Below, in pieces: positions 1-9,290 of a stretch of 64,000 nucleotides of DNA. The stretch is taken from assembly GCA_965230895.1 (NCBI GenBank), contig OZ246394.1:185316-249315 (forward strand). Reading direction: 5' to 3'. The stretch is from an uncultured Gammaproteobacteria bacterium (lineage in GTDB: Bacteria; Patescibacteriota; Microgenomatia; Levybacterales; UBA12049). The position numbers and the translations under genes are program-made. Within the stretch, counting starts at the first letter, position 1. Each line of letters starts with the position of its first letter. Below the pieces are notes generated by a model. That model was not told where the DNA came from, searched no databases, and saw only the letters and a list, made by a program, of their open reading frames with translations.

Positions 1-561
1 CAAGACTACAATTCTTATTTGCATTCCATTCGTTCGCAACTTTCTGGGCAACATGTTCGTATAACGGTTTGCCTTCGATCGTAAGATTTTGCAATTCGCC
101 ACTGCCGGCATTTGAAGTTTTGCAAAGGATAATGCACCCTTTATCTTCTCGATCGAGAAAAGGTTTGAGTGCTTCGCTGCCTAAGTATGGGTTCAATGTT
201 ATCGCATCCACATTGAGGAATTCATATGCGAAATTGAGATATCCATTATTCGTATTGCCTATATCAGCGCGTTTGGCATCAAGGATAATTGGGATCTCCG
301 GGTATGCAAAATTGATATAGTCACAGGTTTGTTTTAATTGATTAATACCCTCTTCGCCAAGCGCTTCATAAAATGCGGAGTTTGGTTTGTATGCAGCAAC
401 AATATCATGTGTTGCGTCAATAATTGCTTTATTGAAAGTGAATTGTGCGTTTTCTTTTATACGGATATGTTCAGGGAGTTTTGATAATTCAGGGTCTAAT
501 CCAACACAAACTAAAGAATGGTTATTTTTGATGTGAATCTCTAATTTTTCGTTAAAATGCA
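1..561 (-). CDS. pyrF: orotidine 5'-phosphate decarboxylase, 3'-partial (continues beyond window start)
   Basis: Manual minus-strand translation from the ATG at 559-561 gives MHFNEKLEIHIKNNHSLVCVGLDPE...IILDAKRADIGNT..., i.e. the OMPdecase LD/DxKxxDIGNT motifs. No stop codon before position 1. Supersedes the + ORF 69..320. Confidence 0.7.
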
Positions 562-609
562 TAGAAAGGATTGTGCTTTTTTGTAACTTTTTGGAATATT
601 AACCTTATT

Positions 610-1671
610 TTATGACTTTTTGATTTCTTGTGCAAGAAGAGGATTCCACATTGCTCCTGTGGCTGACATGGCTGCATCTGCTCCCGCCTTCATATAGAGT
701 TGATAATCTTCTTTCTTTATAATCCCTCCGACTCCAATTAATGCAAAGTCTAAATCATTTTCATCACGAAGTCTTTTTAATCGATCCATCATCTCAAGTC
801 CTGCCCATTTAATAGGTGCTCCACACACTCCACTTATTGCTCTCCCCTCACCTGGCAAAGCCTGCTTCCCTTCTCTATCAATAATCCTTGAAGGAATTGT
901 GTTTATCGCGGAAATACCTTGCACAAACTTGCCTACAGCATCGACAAGATTTATTAATTGTTCTTGCTCCTTAAAGTATGCGATCTTTATTATTAATGGT
1001 GTATTGCCAATCTCATCTTTGATCGCAGTTACTACTTGCGTCGTTCTTTCAAGATCAAAACAAAGCAAATGAGCCGTCCCTTCATTTGGGCAACTTAAAT
1101 TAACTTCAAGAACTTTGGCGCCAGTTTCTTTCACAAGCTTTGCGGCATCGGCAAAATCTTGAATATATGCTTTTACATTTCCATCAGCATTTGTTGTTCC
1201 TTGAAAACTTCCTATAACTACTTGTCCTTCTTTAGCGTAGCTTACTGCTTCTTTTAAATCTTGTTGCCAAAAATCAGGATCGAAAGATGGTACGCCAAAT
1301 GAATTTGTGATGGCTAGAGGTTCAGTGTAATTATGATCCGCTACTAATCCTTTGGAGCCTTTATCCGGTGTAAGATCTCCATCAACTTTTACAGACAATA
1401 CATTTGGCCATGGAGCGCTTTTATATTTTCTGGTTCGAACAGTTTTATAGACAGGAAGATCAAATCCTCTGTCGAGCGCGGCTTTGACAAATCTCCCATT
1501 TACGAGTGGACCGGCTGGGATGCCAAAAGGAGTAAACACTTTATGGCCTAGGAAATCGAATTGTGGTTTTCCTTTTTCTTCAACTACTTTTTCATCAGTG
1601 AAAGCGCCAAATGGTCCTTCGTTGAAGTTTTCCTCATACGATTTTTCTGGATCATAAAACGGTGTGTTCAT
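610..1671 (-). CDS. pyrD: dihydroorotate dehydrogenase family protein (class 1-like)
   Basis: 353 aa with the NLSCPN motif and a TIM-barrel DHODH/DHPD-like pattern, adjacent to pyrF. Confidence 0.7.
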   Translation of the reverse strand: MNTPFYDPEKSYEENFNEGPFGAFTDEKVVEEKGKPQFDFLGHKVFTPFGIPAGPLVNGRFVKAALDRGFDLPVYKTVRTRKYKSAPWPNVLSVKVDGDLTPDKGSKGLVADHNYTEPLAITNSFGVPSFDPDFWQQDLKEAVSYAKEGQVVIGSFQGTTNADGNVKAYIQDFADAAKLVKETGAKVLEVNLSCPNEGTAHLLCFDLERTTQVVTAIKDEIGNTPLIIKIAYFKEQEQLINLVDAVGKFVQGISAINTIPSRIIDREGKQALPGEGRAISGVCGAPIKWAGLEMMDRLKRLRDENDLDFALIGVGGIIKKEDYQLYMKAGADAAMSATGAMWNPLLAQEIKKS

Positions 1672-1747
1672 CTACTAGAATGTACTATGTTCTTCTTGCA
1701 AAGTCAATTTGAATTGACATTAGGAAAGTCCTTGGTATAATCACGTT

Positions 1748-2065
1748 ATGAATGAGCGTAGAGTTTTAGTGAATGCAATTGCCGCACATAAAGAGGGAAA
1801 GTTTTCAGTTCGAGGTGCTGACCATGCACAAAGAATTATTGATCTTGCAGGTCCGCGATTAGGTAGTTATGATAGTCAAATTCGAAGTGAAGCAGCGATT
1901 TTAGAAAAAGGAAGTGTTTCTCGAAGAGGAGAAGAAGTTCCTTTGACAGAGGCACAAAGAGATTACCGTGAAGAAGATTTAGCATGGCTTATGAACAGAA
2001 GACATGATACTTTTAATCTTATTGTCTTTGTGAGAAGGAATGATCCAAGACGTTCTTCTAGATAG
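1748..2065 (+). CDS. hypothetical protein
   Basis: 105-aa ORF in an otherwise non-coding gap; no recognisable motif. Confidence 0.3.
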   Translation: MNERRVLVNAIAAHKEGKFSVRGADHAQRIIDLAGPRLGSYDSQIRSEAAILEKGSVSRRGEEVPLTEAQRDYREEDLAWLMNRRHDTFNLIVFVRRNDPRRSSR

Positions 2066-2106
2066 CTTCAGTTGTCAATTGCAGGCCACCATGCTAAAAT
2101 TTCCTC

Positions 2107-2373
2107 ATGGCATCAAAAGAATACGAACAATCTCAAGAAATGTTTGCAGTAGTAAAAAAAGAACTTGCTGCTCTGAAAGAGGCAATTAAAAAGAGTGAAC
2201 TCCCACATGAAGAAAAGACTGCTATTTTAAATTCGCATGAAGTTATCGAACTATTTATTGAGAAGAAAGATGATACTTCACAGCAATCAGTAGCATTCGA
2301 AAAGGGTCAAAGTAAAAAGAAGTCTCAACCTCTTGATGTCTCTCCAGGAGACCATACTGTTGTAGAACTCTGA
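2107..2373 (+). CDS. hypothetical protein (K/E-rich)
   Basis: 88-aa ORF; no recognisable motif. Confidence 0.3.
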   Translation: MASKEYEQSQEMFAVVKKELAALKEAIKKSELPHEEKTAILNSHEVIELFIEKKDDTSQQSVAFEKGQSKKKSQPLDVSPGDHTVVEL

Positions 2374-2423
2374 TTCAGCGGTTGTTTTCCATTTCTTGAA
2401 AATATATACTAGATCTACTAAAA

Positions 2424-3401
2424 ATGGCAAAACAAATCCCCTATCTTGATCTAAAATCAGAAATTTTTCAGAAAATTAAGGAAAACGGTGGTTGGGTCAA
2501 TGCCCATGCACACTTGGATCGTGCATATACAATTACTCCTGAGAAATTTAAGCAAGCCAATGCCCTTCGAGAAGAAAAATGGCAATTGAATGCCGAGCTT
2601 CGCAAAACATCTACTGTCGAACAGATCTACGATCGGATGGCCGCAGCAACAGAATTATTACTTTCCCAAGGCGTTGTAGCCACAGCATCCTTTATCGATG
2701 TTGATCCAGACGTCAAGGATAAAGCTATTAAAGCTGCACAAAAAGTTCGTGAAGAATTTAAAGGGCAAATGGAGTTTAAATTCATCAACCAATCAAGTTA
2801 TGGCATCTTTACGAAAGAAACTCGTGAATGGTATGAAGTTGGAACTGAGTTTGTTGATATTATCGGAGGGTTACTCAAGTCTGCACATCCAAAGGAAAAT
2901 GAATATCTTGATATTCTCATGGAATCTGCAAAACATAAAAAGAAGATGATCCATATCCATATTGATGAAAATAATATCCCTGAGGAAAAAGAAACTGAAA
3001 TGTTGGCGAAAAAAGTTATTGAGCATGGTTTGGAAGGTAAAGTTGTTGGAATCCATGGTATTTCCATTAATACGCATCCAAAGGAATATAGAGAAAGCGT
3101 GTATGATTTGATGGTTAAAGCAAAGATGATTATGGTTGCGTGTCCTATTTCTTGGGCAAATGCTCGCCGTAACGAAACACTCGCGCCTATCCATAACGCC
3201 GTTACTCCGCTTGATGAACTAGCTCCACGAGGAATTCCTGTAGCTGTTGGCATAGATAATCTCTATGATATCTTCATGCCATTTAACGATGGAAATATCT
3301 GGAACGATTTGCGTTTACTTATGGAAGCAAATCGATACTATGATATTGATGCAATGGTTGATGTTGCTACGACAAACGGAAGAAAAGCGTTAGGAATATA
3401 G
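2424..3401 (+). CDS. amidohydrolase-family metal-dependent hydrolase (cytosine deaminase-like)
   Basis: N-terminal NAHAHLD (HxH metal-binding) motif and a later HIHIDE motif, as in the amidohydrolase superfamily. Pyrimidine context with pyrD/pyrF. Confidence 0.55.
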   Translation: MAKQIPYLDLKSEIFQKIKENGGWVNAHAHLDRAYTITPEKFKQANALREEKWQLNAELRKTSTVEQIYDRMAAATELLLSQGVVATASFIDVDPDVKDKAIKAAQKVREEFKGQMEFKFINQSSYGIFTKETREWYEVGTEFVDIIGGLLKSAHPKENEYLDILMESAKHKKKMIHIHIDENNIPEEKETEMLAKKVIEHGLEGKVVGIHGISINTHPKEYRESVYDLMVKAKMIMVACPISWANARRNETLAPIHNAVTPLDELAPRGIPVAVGIDNLYDIFMPFNDGNIWNDLRLLMEANRYYDIDAMVDVATTNGRKALGI

Positions 3402-3409
3402 CTCGAAAG

Positions 3410-3772
3410 CTATTTACCCATAATCCAATCCGTCTCTACAATTATCCCTACCAATGTATGTCTGCGTTCTCCTAAAAATATCTTCTCAACCAGGGGTTTG
3501 TTATCTGGAAATGAGACAATTTCTACACCGCTCTCATACAGCTTAGCTGTCCATATATCTTTCTGAAAAGTATCGGTATCAGGTTCTGCGTTTACAGCTG
3601 TAGCATATGAACTCGCGTCATATCTTCGATGCGGAGATCCATGTGTATTTAAAAGAGTATTTGCAGCAGCTAATCGTTCTATTGCACGGCGTCTTCTATG
3701 AATTGCTTTTACAGGATATTCCCTTTCAGGCACTAATTCTCCCAGCCTTCCTCTAGAACATTGGTAAGGCAA
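3410..3772 (-). CDS. hypothetical small protein
   Basis: 120-aa ORF filling an otherwise empty 320-bp gap; overlaps the 3' end of the next gene by 40 nt; no motif recognised. Confidence 0.2.
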   Translation of the reverse strand: MPYQCSRGRLGELVPEREYPVKAIHRRRRAIERLAAANTLLNTHGSPHRRYDASSYATAVNAEPDTDTFQKDIWTAKLYESGVEIVSFPDNKPLVEKIFLGERRHTLVGIIVETDWIMGK

Positions 3773-4554
3773 TGCGGGCCACCACCGGATTTCATGAATT
3801 CGCCCATTTCCACTTCAACTGATGTATATCCTAAATCCTCAAGCTTTTTTTTGAACGTCGGAGTTCCCGATTGATGTACTACATGATGATCTGTGACGAC
3901 TGAATTTGCGGCAAACCCATTTGCTTCTTCCTCTGTAAATTCAATGAGATTCGGCACTAATTTTTTGAGCACTTCCCTACTCTTTCCTGAAAATGCCGGT
4001 GGATAGTAAAAGGCAGTGTCATGATTTAACGGTAGGAAACCTACATCAAGATGATAGAATTTTGGATCGACAATTTCTATCGGTACAACCTCAATGTTCA
4101 ATAATTTACTGAGCGCTTCTGTGGTTTTCTTATCTGCACGATATCCTAACCCAATAAGCAGTTTGTCTCCCCAGAAAAAAGAGTCGCCATTGCCTTCAAG
4201 ATAAATATCATCAGGAAGGGTTTTTATAGTGTATCCATTTTCTTTAAACCACTGCTCGTAGTGTTTTGTCTCACCTTTTCTTTCATCACACCAGAAACGG
4301 CTTAGGAGCACAGTCTTATCTTTTACAATTCCCTGATCTGTTGCAAAAACCATATCCGGGACACCTTCTCGTTGCTTTATCACTTCAACCTCAATATCTT
4401 GAGACTGATATGCCTTAACAAGATTCTGCCATTCTGTCATCGCTTTCTTGCCATCAATTTTTCCTGGCTGCATCCAAGGGTTAATAGAATAATCAAGCGT
4501 ATCAAAATATGTAGGTTCACACATGAGGACCTTCTTAATGAGTTTGTGCTTCAT
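3733..4554 (-). CDS. amidinotransferase/DDAH-like guanidino-group modifying enzyme
   Basis: 273 aa ending ...GGGPHCLTNV, the C-terminal catalytic Cys motif typical of DDAH / arginine-deiminase-type folds. Confidence 0.55.
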   Translation of the reverse strand: MKHKLIKKVLMCEPTYFDTLDYSINPWMQPGKIDGKKAMTEWQNLVKAYQSQDIEVEVIKQREGVPDMVFATDQGIVKDKTVLLSRFWCDERKGETKHYEQWFKENGYTIKTLPDDIYLEGNGDSFFWGDKLLIGLGYRADKKTTEALSKLLNIEVVPIEIVDPKFYHLDVGFLPLNHDTAFYYPPAFSGKSREVLKKLVPNLIEFTEEEANGFAANSVVTDHHVVHQSGTPTFKKKLEDLGYTSVEVEMGEFMKSGGGPHCLTNVLEEGWEN

Positions 4555-4585
4555 AGGATGTTCAGGATTTTACCCTGTCTTTTGA

Positions 4586-6199
4586 CTATACTCTTGCTGC
4601 CTGAAGTTTGTCTACAAAATCCTGGGCAACGGGGACGCTCGTAATAAGATGTGTATTATGCTCAATTGCTTTTTGACGAATGATCTTTCCATCTGTTTGT
4701 GTCTTTTCCCGTTCCATAGGAATATTGATAATTAAATCGAATCGTTCTACGTTCATCAAATCTCCCAAATTAGGCTTGAGATGTGGTTCTGAAATCTTAT
4801 GAACTGCGATTGCCTCAATACCACTTGTTTTAAGGAACTTATGGGTTTTGTATGTTGCATAGATCTTGTATCCAAGCTCATGGAGTTTTTTGACAGTAGG
4901 AAGAAGTTTTACTTTATTGGAACGTTTGCCAATTGAGATAAGAACTGTTTTTTCAGAACGCTGTGCAAGTTTCATCGGAAGAGTATAGAATTCTATGAAT
5001 CCTGCAGAAGCATTCTGGTTTAAACCATCAGAGACCATAAATGTCGCAAGCTTTTCATCAAAAATGGTATTTGGAGTTTCCAATGCCATTACCTGTGCAA
5101 CACCTTTAAATAATTGGACTGTCACTTTCCCTGTGACTTTCTGATTCACATTGTCGATGAATGCGTTAAGATCGTTCATTAATGGTTCATACCAAAGTGC
5201 TCCATAGCAAAGATATGCCCACTTTTGATCGACAGTTGCTTTGAATTCATTTTCGGTTCTTGTGCAGACATAATGCTCAAGTTTCTCATGCGCAGTGATA
5301 ATGATTTCTGCAGCAGGAGCTTCGAAAACATCACGGATCTTCATGCCGATGACACGATCTTCGATATGGATGTTTGTGCCGACACCGTGCTTTGCTCCAA
5401 TTGTGTTCAATGACATGATGAGATCAGAAAGCTTTTTTTGTTCCCCATTGAGAGAAACAGGAATACCTTTCACAAATTCGAGTGTAACGAGTTCAGGTTT
5501 GTCAGGAGCTTTCTCTGGGAGGTTATTAATTACCAATATTTTTTCGAGTGGTGGGATTTTCGCAGGATCTTCAATTTCTCCGCCTTCTCCGGAAGAACCC
5601 CACATATTTTCATCATACGAATATGGTTTCTCCATGGTATGGGTGACTGGGATCCCTTGTTGCTTTGCATATTCCAATTCTTCTAAACGTCCCATACTCC
5701 ATTCTCGGACTGGAGCAATGATCTTAATATCAGGATTCAATGCAAGTGCAGAACCTTCGATTCTGATTTGATCATTTCCTCGACCTGTGCATCCGTGAGC
5801 AATTGCGTCAGCACCTTCAATAGCTGCGATCTTTACTGCCCATTTTGCAAGAAGTGGTCGTCCGATTGCTGTGGCAAGTCGGTATCTGTGTTGATAGTTT
5901 GCATTTGCCTTAATTCCCTTTGCGATATATTCGTTTGCAAATTCATCTTTTGCATCGATAACATAGGTTTTTACTGCTCCTAGTTTTTCAGCTTTTTTCT
6001 TGATGGCATCAAGATCATCGACGACTTGTCCGATATCGATTGTGAGGGCGATAACTTCTGCTTTGTATTCATCTTGGATCCATTTGAGCATTACTGAGGT
6101 ATCAAGTCCACCGGAATAAAGGAGTACCACTTTCTTCACTTCACCTTTTTTACCTTCGTATGAAGCAACTTTGTGGTATGTAGATTTGTTTTTATCCAT
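4586..6199 (-). CDS. argG: argininosuccinate synthase fused to a C-terminal MGS-like domain
   Basis: N-terminal VVLLYSGGLDTS PP-loop and an ArgG-like body of ~400 aa. An extra ~130 aa C-terminal region (VLISIGKRSNK...FDLIINIP) resembles methylglyoxal-synthase-like regulatory domains. Confidence 0.8.
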   Translation of the reverse strand: MDKNKSTYHKVASYEGKKGEVKKVVLLYSGGLDTSVMLKWIQDEYKAEVIALTIDIGQVVDDLDAIKKKAEKLGAVKTYVIDAKDEFANEYIAKGIKANANYQHRYRLATAIGRPLLAKWAVKIAAIEGADAIAHGCTGRGNDQIRIEGSALALNPDIKIIAPVREWSMGRLEELEYAKQQGIPVTHTMEKPYSYDENMWGSSGEGGEIEDPAKIPPLEKILVINNLPEKAPDKPELVTLEFVKGIPVSLNGEQKKLSDLIMSLNTIGAKHGVGTNIHIEDRVIGMKIRDVFEAPAAEIIITAHEKLEHYVCTRTENEFKATVDQKWAYLCYGALWYEPLMNDLNAFIDNVNQKVTGKVTVQLFKGVAQVMALETPNTIFDEKLATFMVSDGLNQNASAGFIEFYTLPMKLAQRSEKTVLISIGKRSNKVKLLPTVKKLHELGYKIYATYKTHKFLKTSGIEAIAVHKISEPHLKPNLGDLMNVERFDLIINIPMEREKTQTDGKIIRQKAIEHNTHLITSVPVAQDFVDKLQAARV

Positions 6200-6225
6200 T
6201 TATGTTTAAAATTGAAATTTTAAAT

Positions 6226-6266
6226 AAAAAATGAAATATATTTTGTAACTTTTTATTTCATTTTTT
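6226..6266. promoter_or_regulatory. 13-bp perfect inverted repeat in the divergent argG / amidinotransferase promoter region
   Basis: AAAAAATGAAATA-N15-TATTTCATTTTTT; a third half-site AAAAAATGAATA lies at ~6290. Confidence 0.4.
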
Positions 6267-6375
6267 GCTTAATTTAACTCATTCTATTAAAAAATGAATA
6301 TTGTGTCAACAGTGAATTTGTATGAGATTCCACATCACTCTGTTCGTCGCCAAGACGTTGTGTTACACTTCAGCT

Positions 6376-7299
6376 ATGAAACAGTCCACCGATACAATTG
6401 TGATGGTCCGGCCCGACCATTTTGGGTTCAATCCACAAACCGCTGATACCAATCCGTATATGCATACTCCTGAATCTATGCACAAAAGTGCTCATGATAT
6501 CCGAATGGCAGCTTTGGAAGAATTTGATGCGATGGTTTCATCATTGCGTTCAAAAGGGATTACTGTTCTTGTCCTTCCAAGTCGCTCTGATGTTGTCACT
6601 CCTGATGCGGTTTTCCCAAATAACTGGTTTTCAATGCATGATGATGGGACGCTTGTCGTCTATCCTATGCTTACTCCAAATCGTCGATTGGAGCGTCAAC
6701 CAGATGCTCTCGTTGAAGTACTTAGAGGTGGAGGTATCGAACATCCTAGCGTTATTAACCTTGCGAAGTTTGAGGAACGGGATTTGATCCTTGAATCAAC
6801 TGGAAGTATGGTTCTCGATCGAGTAAATAAAATTGCTTATGCTATGGCGTCACCGCGAACTGATGAAGAAATGTTTATCCGTTGGAGTAAGCTCATGGGA
6901 TATGAACGAGTGTACATGCGGACTCCGAAGAGTCATGCTGCAGAAGTGTATCATACCAACCTGCTCATGAGTATCGGAACTGATTTTGCTGTGGTTTGCC
7001 TTGAAGTTTTGGCTGATCAAAAGGAAAAAGATTTTATTAAAGACAAATTAGAAATTTTCGGTAAAGAAGTAATTGAGATTTCGCTTGAGCAAGTTTATTC
7101 TTTCTGCGGAAATATCCTTGAAGTATTATCTAAGAGTGGTCAAAAATATATTGTCGTGTCTGAGACTGCAAAGGCTTCCTTTGCCCCGGAACAATTAGAA
7201 AAGCTTGAAAGCTTTGGTGAGATCCTCAGTATAAATATCCCTGTCATCGAAGAAGTTGGTGGAGGCGGAGTCCGCTGTATGATGGCAGAGGTTTTTTAG
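6376..7299 (+). CDS. amidinotransferase-family protein (citrulline-utilization hydrolase CtlX-like)
   Basis: Ends EEVGGGGVRCMMAEVF, the C-terminal Cys of the amidinotransferase superfamily; the start is taken at MKQSTD. The ORF is open from 6322 if an earlier start is used. Confidence 0.55.
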   Translation: MKQSTDTIVMVRPDHFGFNPQTADTNPYMHTPESMHKSAHDIRMAALEEFDAMVSSLRSKGITVLVLPSRSDVVTPDAVFPNNWFSMHDDGTLVVYPMLTPNRRLERQPDALVEVLRGGGIEHPSVINLAKFEERDLILESTGSMVLDRVNKIAYAMASPRTDEEMFIRWSKLMGYERVYMRTPKSHAAEVYHTNLLMSIGTDFAVVCLEVLADQKEKDFIKDKLEIFGKEVIEISLEQVYSFCGNILEVLSKSGQKYIVVSETAKASFAPEQLEKLESFGEILSINIPVIEEVGGGGVRCMMAEVF

Positions 7300-8265
7300 T
7301 TACCATCTCTTTCTGAAATTGATTTGCTCAGTCAGCCCTACCCATTCCATTGGAGAACCTTGTAAGACAGCTTTGAACGTCCCAGCTGAAGTCCGAATCC
7401 CTTCTACTGTGTGTTCTCTTGTGGTCAGCTTTGTCGTGCCAGTAATTAATTGTAAATCATCTCGAGATCCAAGTCGTATTGCTTCATGAACGAATGCAGA
7501 GATATGGCTGGTATCATATTCTGCCGCACTACTTGTACGAAGAGGAAATCTTGCTTTGCCACAATGATCCCCCACATCACATGCATTGCAGAGCGCATCT
7601 TTGGCTGCGGGTCGTAATTCTACCGGATAATCCTCCGGCAAATCGGCGAACTCTTGAAAGTTTGCTTCTAACTTCTTTCGATACAACTTATGGCTTTGTG
7701 GTGTCTGTCCGACAGTATCTGCATAGTACTGTGCGGCGATTGGGTGGTACTCGGTTGGATTTGATTGAATTTTTGATTGCGTTTGCGTCATCCCTTCTGT
7801 GATTCTTCTGGCTCGTGATTCTGGTGAAACATATCCGACATCTTCAAAATAATGAAGATGATGTCCACGGATTACATACGGAGGTCTTGTATCACTGCCT
7901 TGTTCGTATTCAGATAGTTTCATACTTGGACTCAAATCGATTCCACCTGTAAATAAAACCGTTTCAGCGACTGTGATAATTTGTGAATCTATCCTTTCTC
8001 CAACAAGAGTACTGCCATCTTTACTTGCAGGCTGTCGTATCATTGCATCAAGTACTTGAAAGATGCGGCTCGTCTTTCCTCGGTCAAATTGGACAGGTTG
8101 AGGGACAGATAGACCTCTTTGTTCGACCCAAGTTGGTCCACCTCGTTGAGCCGCTAGAGTACGAGCGTTATAAATTGGTTGTGGATTAATCTCTTTTCTT
8201 GGTTGGGCAACATGTTCTATTGCACGATACATATCATGCATGGAGTACGATTCAATTTTTGACAT
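7300..8265 (-). CDS. hypothetical protein with CNACDVGDHCGK cysteine motif
   Basis: Long uninterrupted 321-aa ORF; composition rich in Q/T/P; no family recognised. Confidence 0.35.
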   Translation of the reverse strand: MSKIESYSMHDMYRAIEHVAQPRKEINPQPIYNARTLAAQRGGPTWVEQRGLSVPQPVQFDRGKTSRIFQVLDAMIRQPASKDGSTLVGERIDSQIITVAETVLFTGGIDLSPSMKLSEYEQGSDTRPPYVIRGHHLHYFEDVGYVSPESRARRITEGMTQTQSKIQSNPTEYHPIAAQYYADTVGQTPQSHKLYRKKLEANFQEFADLPEDYPVELRPAAKDALCNACDVGDHCGKARFPLRTSSAAEYDTSHISAFVHEAIRLGSRDDLQLITGTTKLTTREHTVEGIRTSAGTFKAVLQGSPMEWVGLTEQINFRKRW

Positions 8266-8318
8266 TCGGCGATTATAACAAACGGTTCAGCTCCTTTCAA
8301 AATGCAGGATAATGAGAA

Positions 8319-9263
8319 CTATTCAGAAGAATATTTTAGAGGGAAATATGACGCATTCTCTTCTTGAGACTTGGATCTAAAGTTCAAATTGATAAAGAGA
8401 TCTGCTAGGAATCCAGTAAAGAAGGTTTGTAGTCCTCCAAGCATAAGTAGCACACTAAATAATAGTAATGGTCTATTCCCTATTGATTCTCCTCCGAGCC
8501 AAACTGATCCTAGGTATGCAAAGACCAATACACCGACCGCGAACATAATTCCGCCTACAAATCCAAAGAAATGAAGAGGGCGCTTTCCAAATTTAAGAAG
8601 GAAAATTATTGTAAAGAGATCAGGAAGATTTCTAAATACTTTGGAAAAACCATATTTTGAATAGCCAAATCTACGAGTATCATGTTCTACCACCACTTCC
8701 TGGACAAGATATCCTTGCTGCTGGAGAAGCAAGGGAATAAAGCGATAAAGTCCTCCATAAATATGGATATTCTTTGCAGCTTCTTTGGTGAATAGCTTGA
8801 AACCACAATCTATATCGTGAAGATCAAGTTTAAATAGCACGTGGTTTAACCAATTAAAGAATTTTGAAATAACAACCATTTTGGACTTATCTTTGCGATG
8901 CTTTCTCCATCCAACTACGACGTCGGAACCAGTTTCTTTTTGAAACGCCAAAAACTTATGTAATTCTGAAGGTTTATCTTGCAGGTCAGCATCCATAGTG
9001 AAGATGAAGTCACCTTGTGCTTTGGCAAATCCGAGCATTAAAGCATCCGCCTTTTGTCGGTTTCCTTTGAATGAATAGACTTTCACATGCTTATCTTTCT
9101 TGGCAATAGATTTCATGACGTCGAGTGTGCCATCGTTTGACCCATCATCGATAAAAACTATTTCGTAGGATTTATCGAGCTTGGGAAGGTATTTGATGGT
9201 TTCGTTATAAAACGCCTGTAAGCCGTCTTTTTCGTTGTACGCAGGTACGACAATACTTATCAT
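8319..9263 (-). CDS. family 2 glycosyltransferase (polyprenyl-phosphate sugar transferase, DPM1/ArnC-like) with C-terminal TM helices
   Basis: VVPAYNE...DDGSNDGT...DADLQ motifs of GT-A/GT2; hydrophobic C-terminus. Confidence 0.75.
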   Translation of the reverse strand: MISIVVPAYNEKDGLQAFYNETIKYLPKLDKSYEIVFIDDGSNDGTLDVMKSIAKKDKHVKVYSFKGNRQKADALMLGFAKAQGDFIFTMDADLQDKPSELHKFLAFQKETGSDVVVGWRKHRKDKSKMVVISKFFNWLNHVLFKLDLHDIDCGFKLFTKEAAKNIHIYGGLYRFIPLLLQQQGYLVQEVVVEHDTRRFGYSKYGFSKVFRNLPDLFTIIFLLKFGKRPLHFFGFVGGIMFAVGVLVFAYLGSVWLGGESIGNRPLLLFSVLLMLGGLQTFFTGFLADLFINLNFRSKSQEENASYFPLKYSSE

Positions 9264-9290
9264 ATTGAGGAGATTATAACATAACAGATC

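Noticed and set aside
69-320. 83-aa plus-strand ORF at the window start
   Set aside because: Lies entirely antisense to a much better-supported OMP-decarboxylase (pyrF) reading frame on the minus strand.
2698-3253. ORFs 2698..2949(+), 2798..3253(-), 2871..3194(-) inside the amidohydrolase gene
   Set aside because: Alternative-frame or antisense ORFs nested in a well-supported CDS; low-complexity translations with no motifs.
5225-5983. Several 60-160-aa plus-strand ORFs inside argG
   Set aside because: Antisense to the conserved argG frame; typical shadow ORFs.
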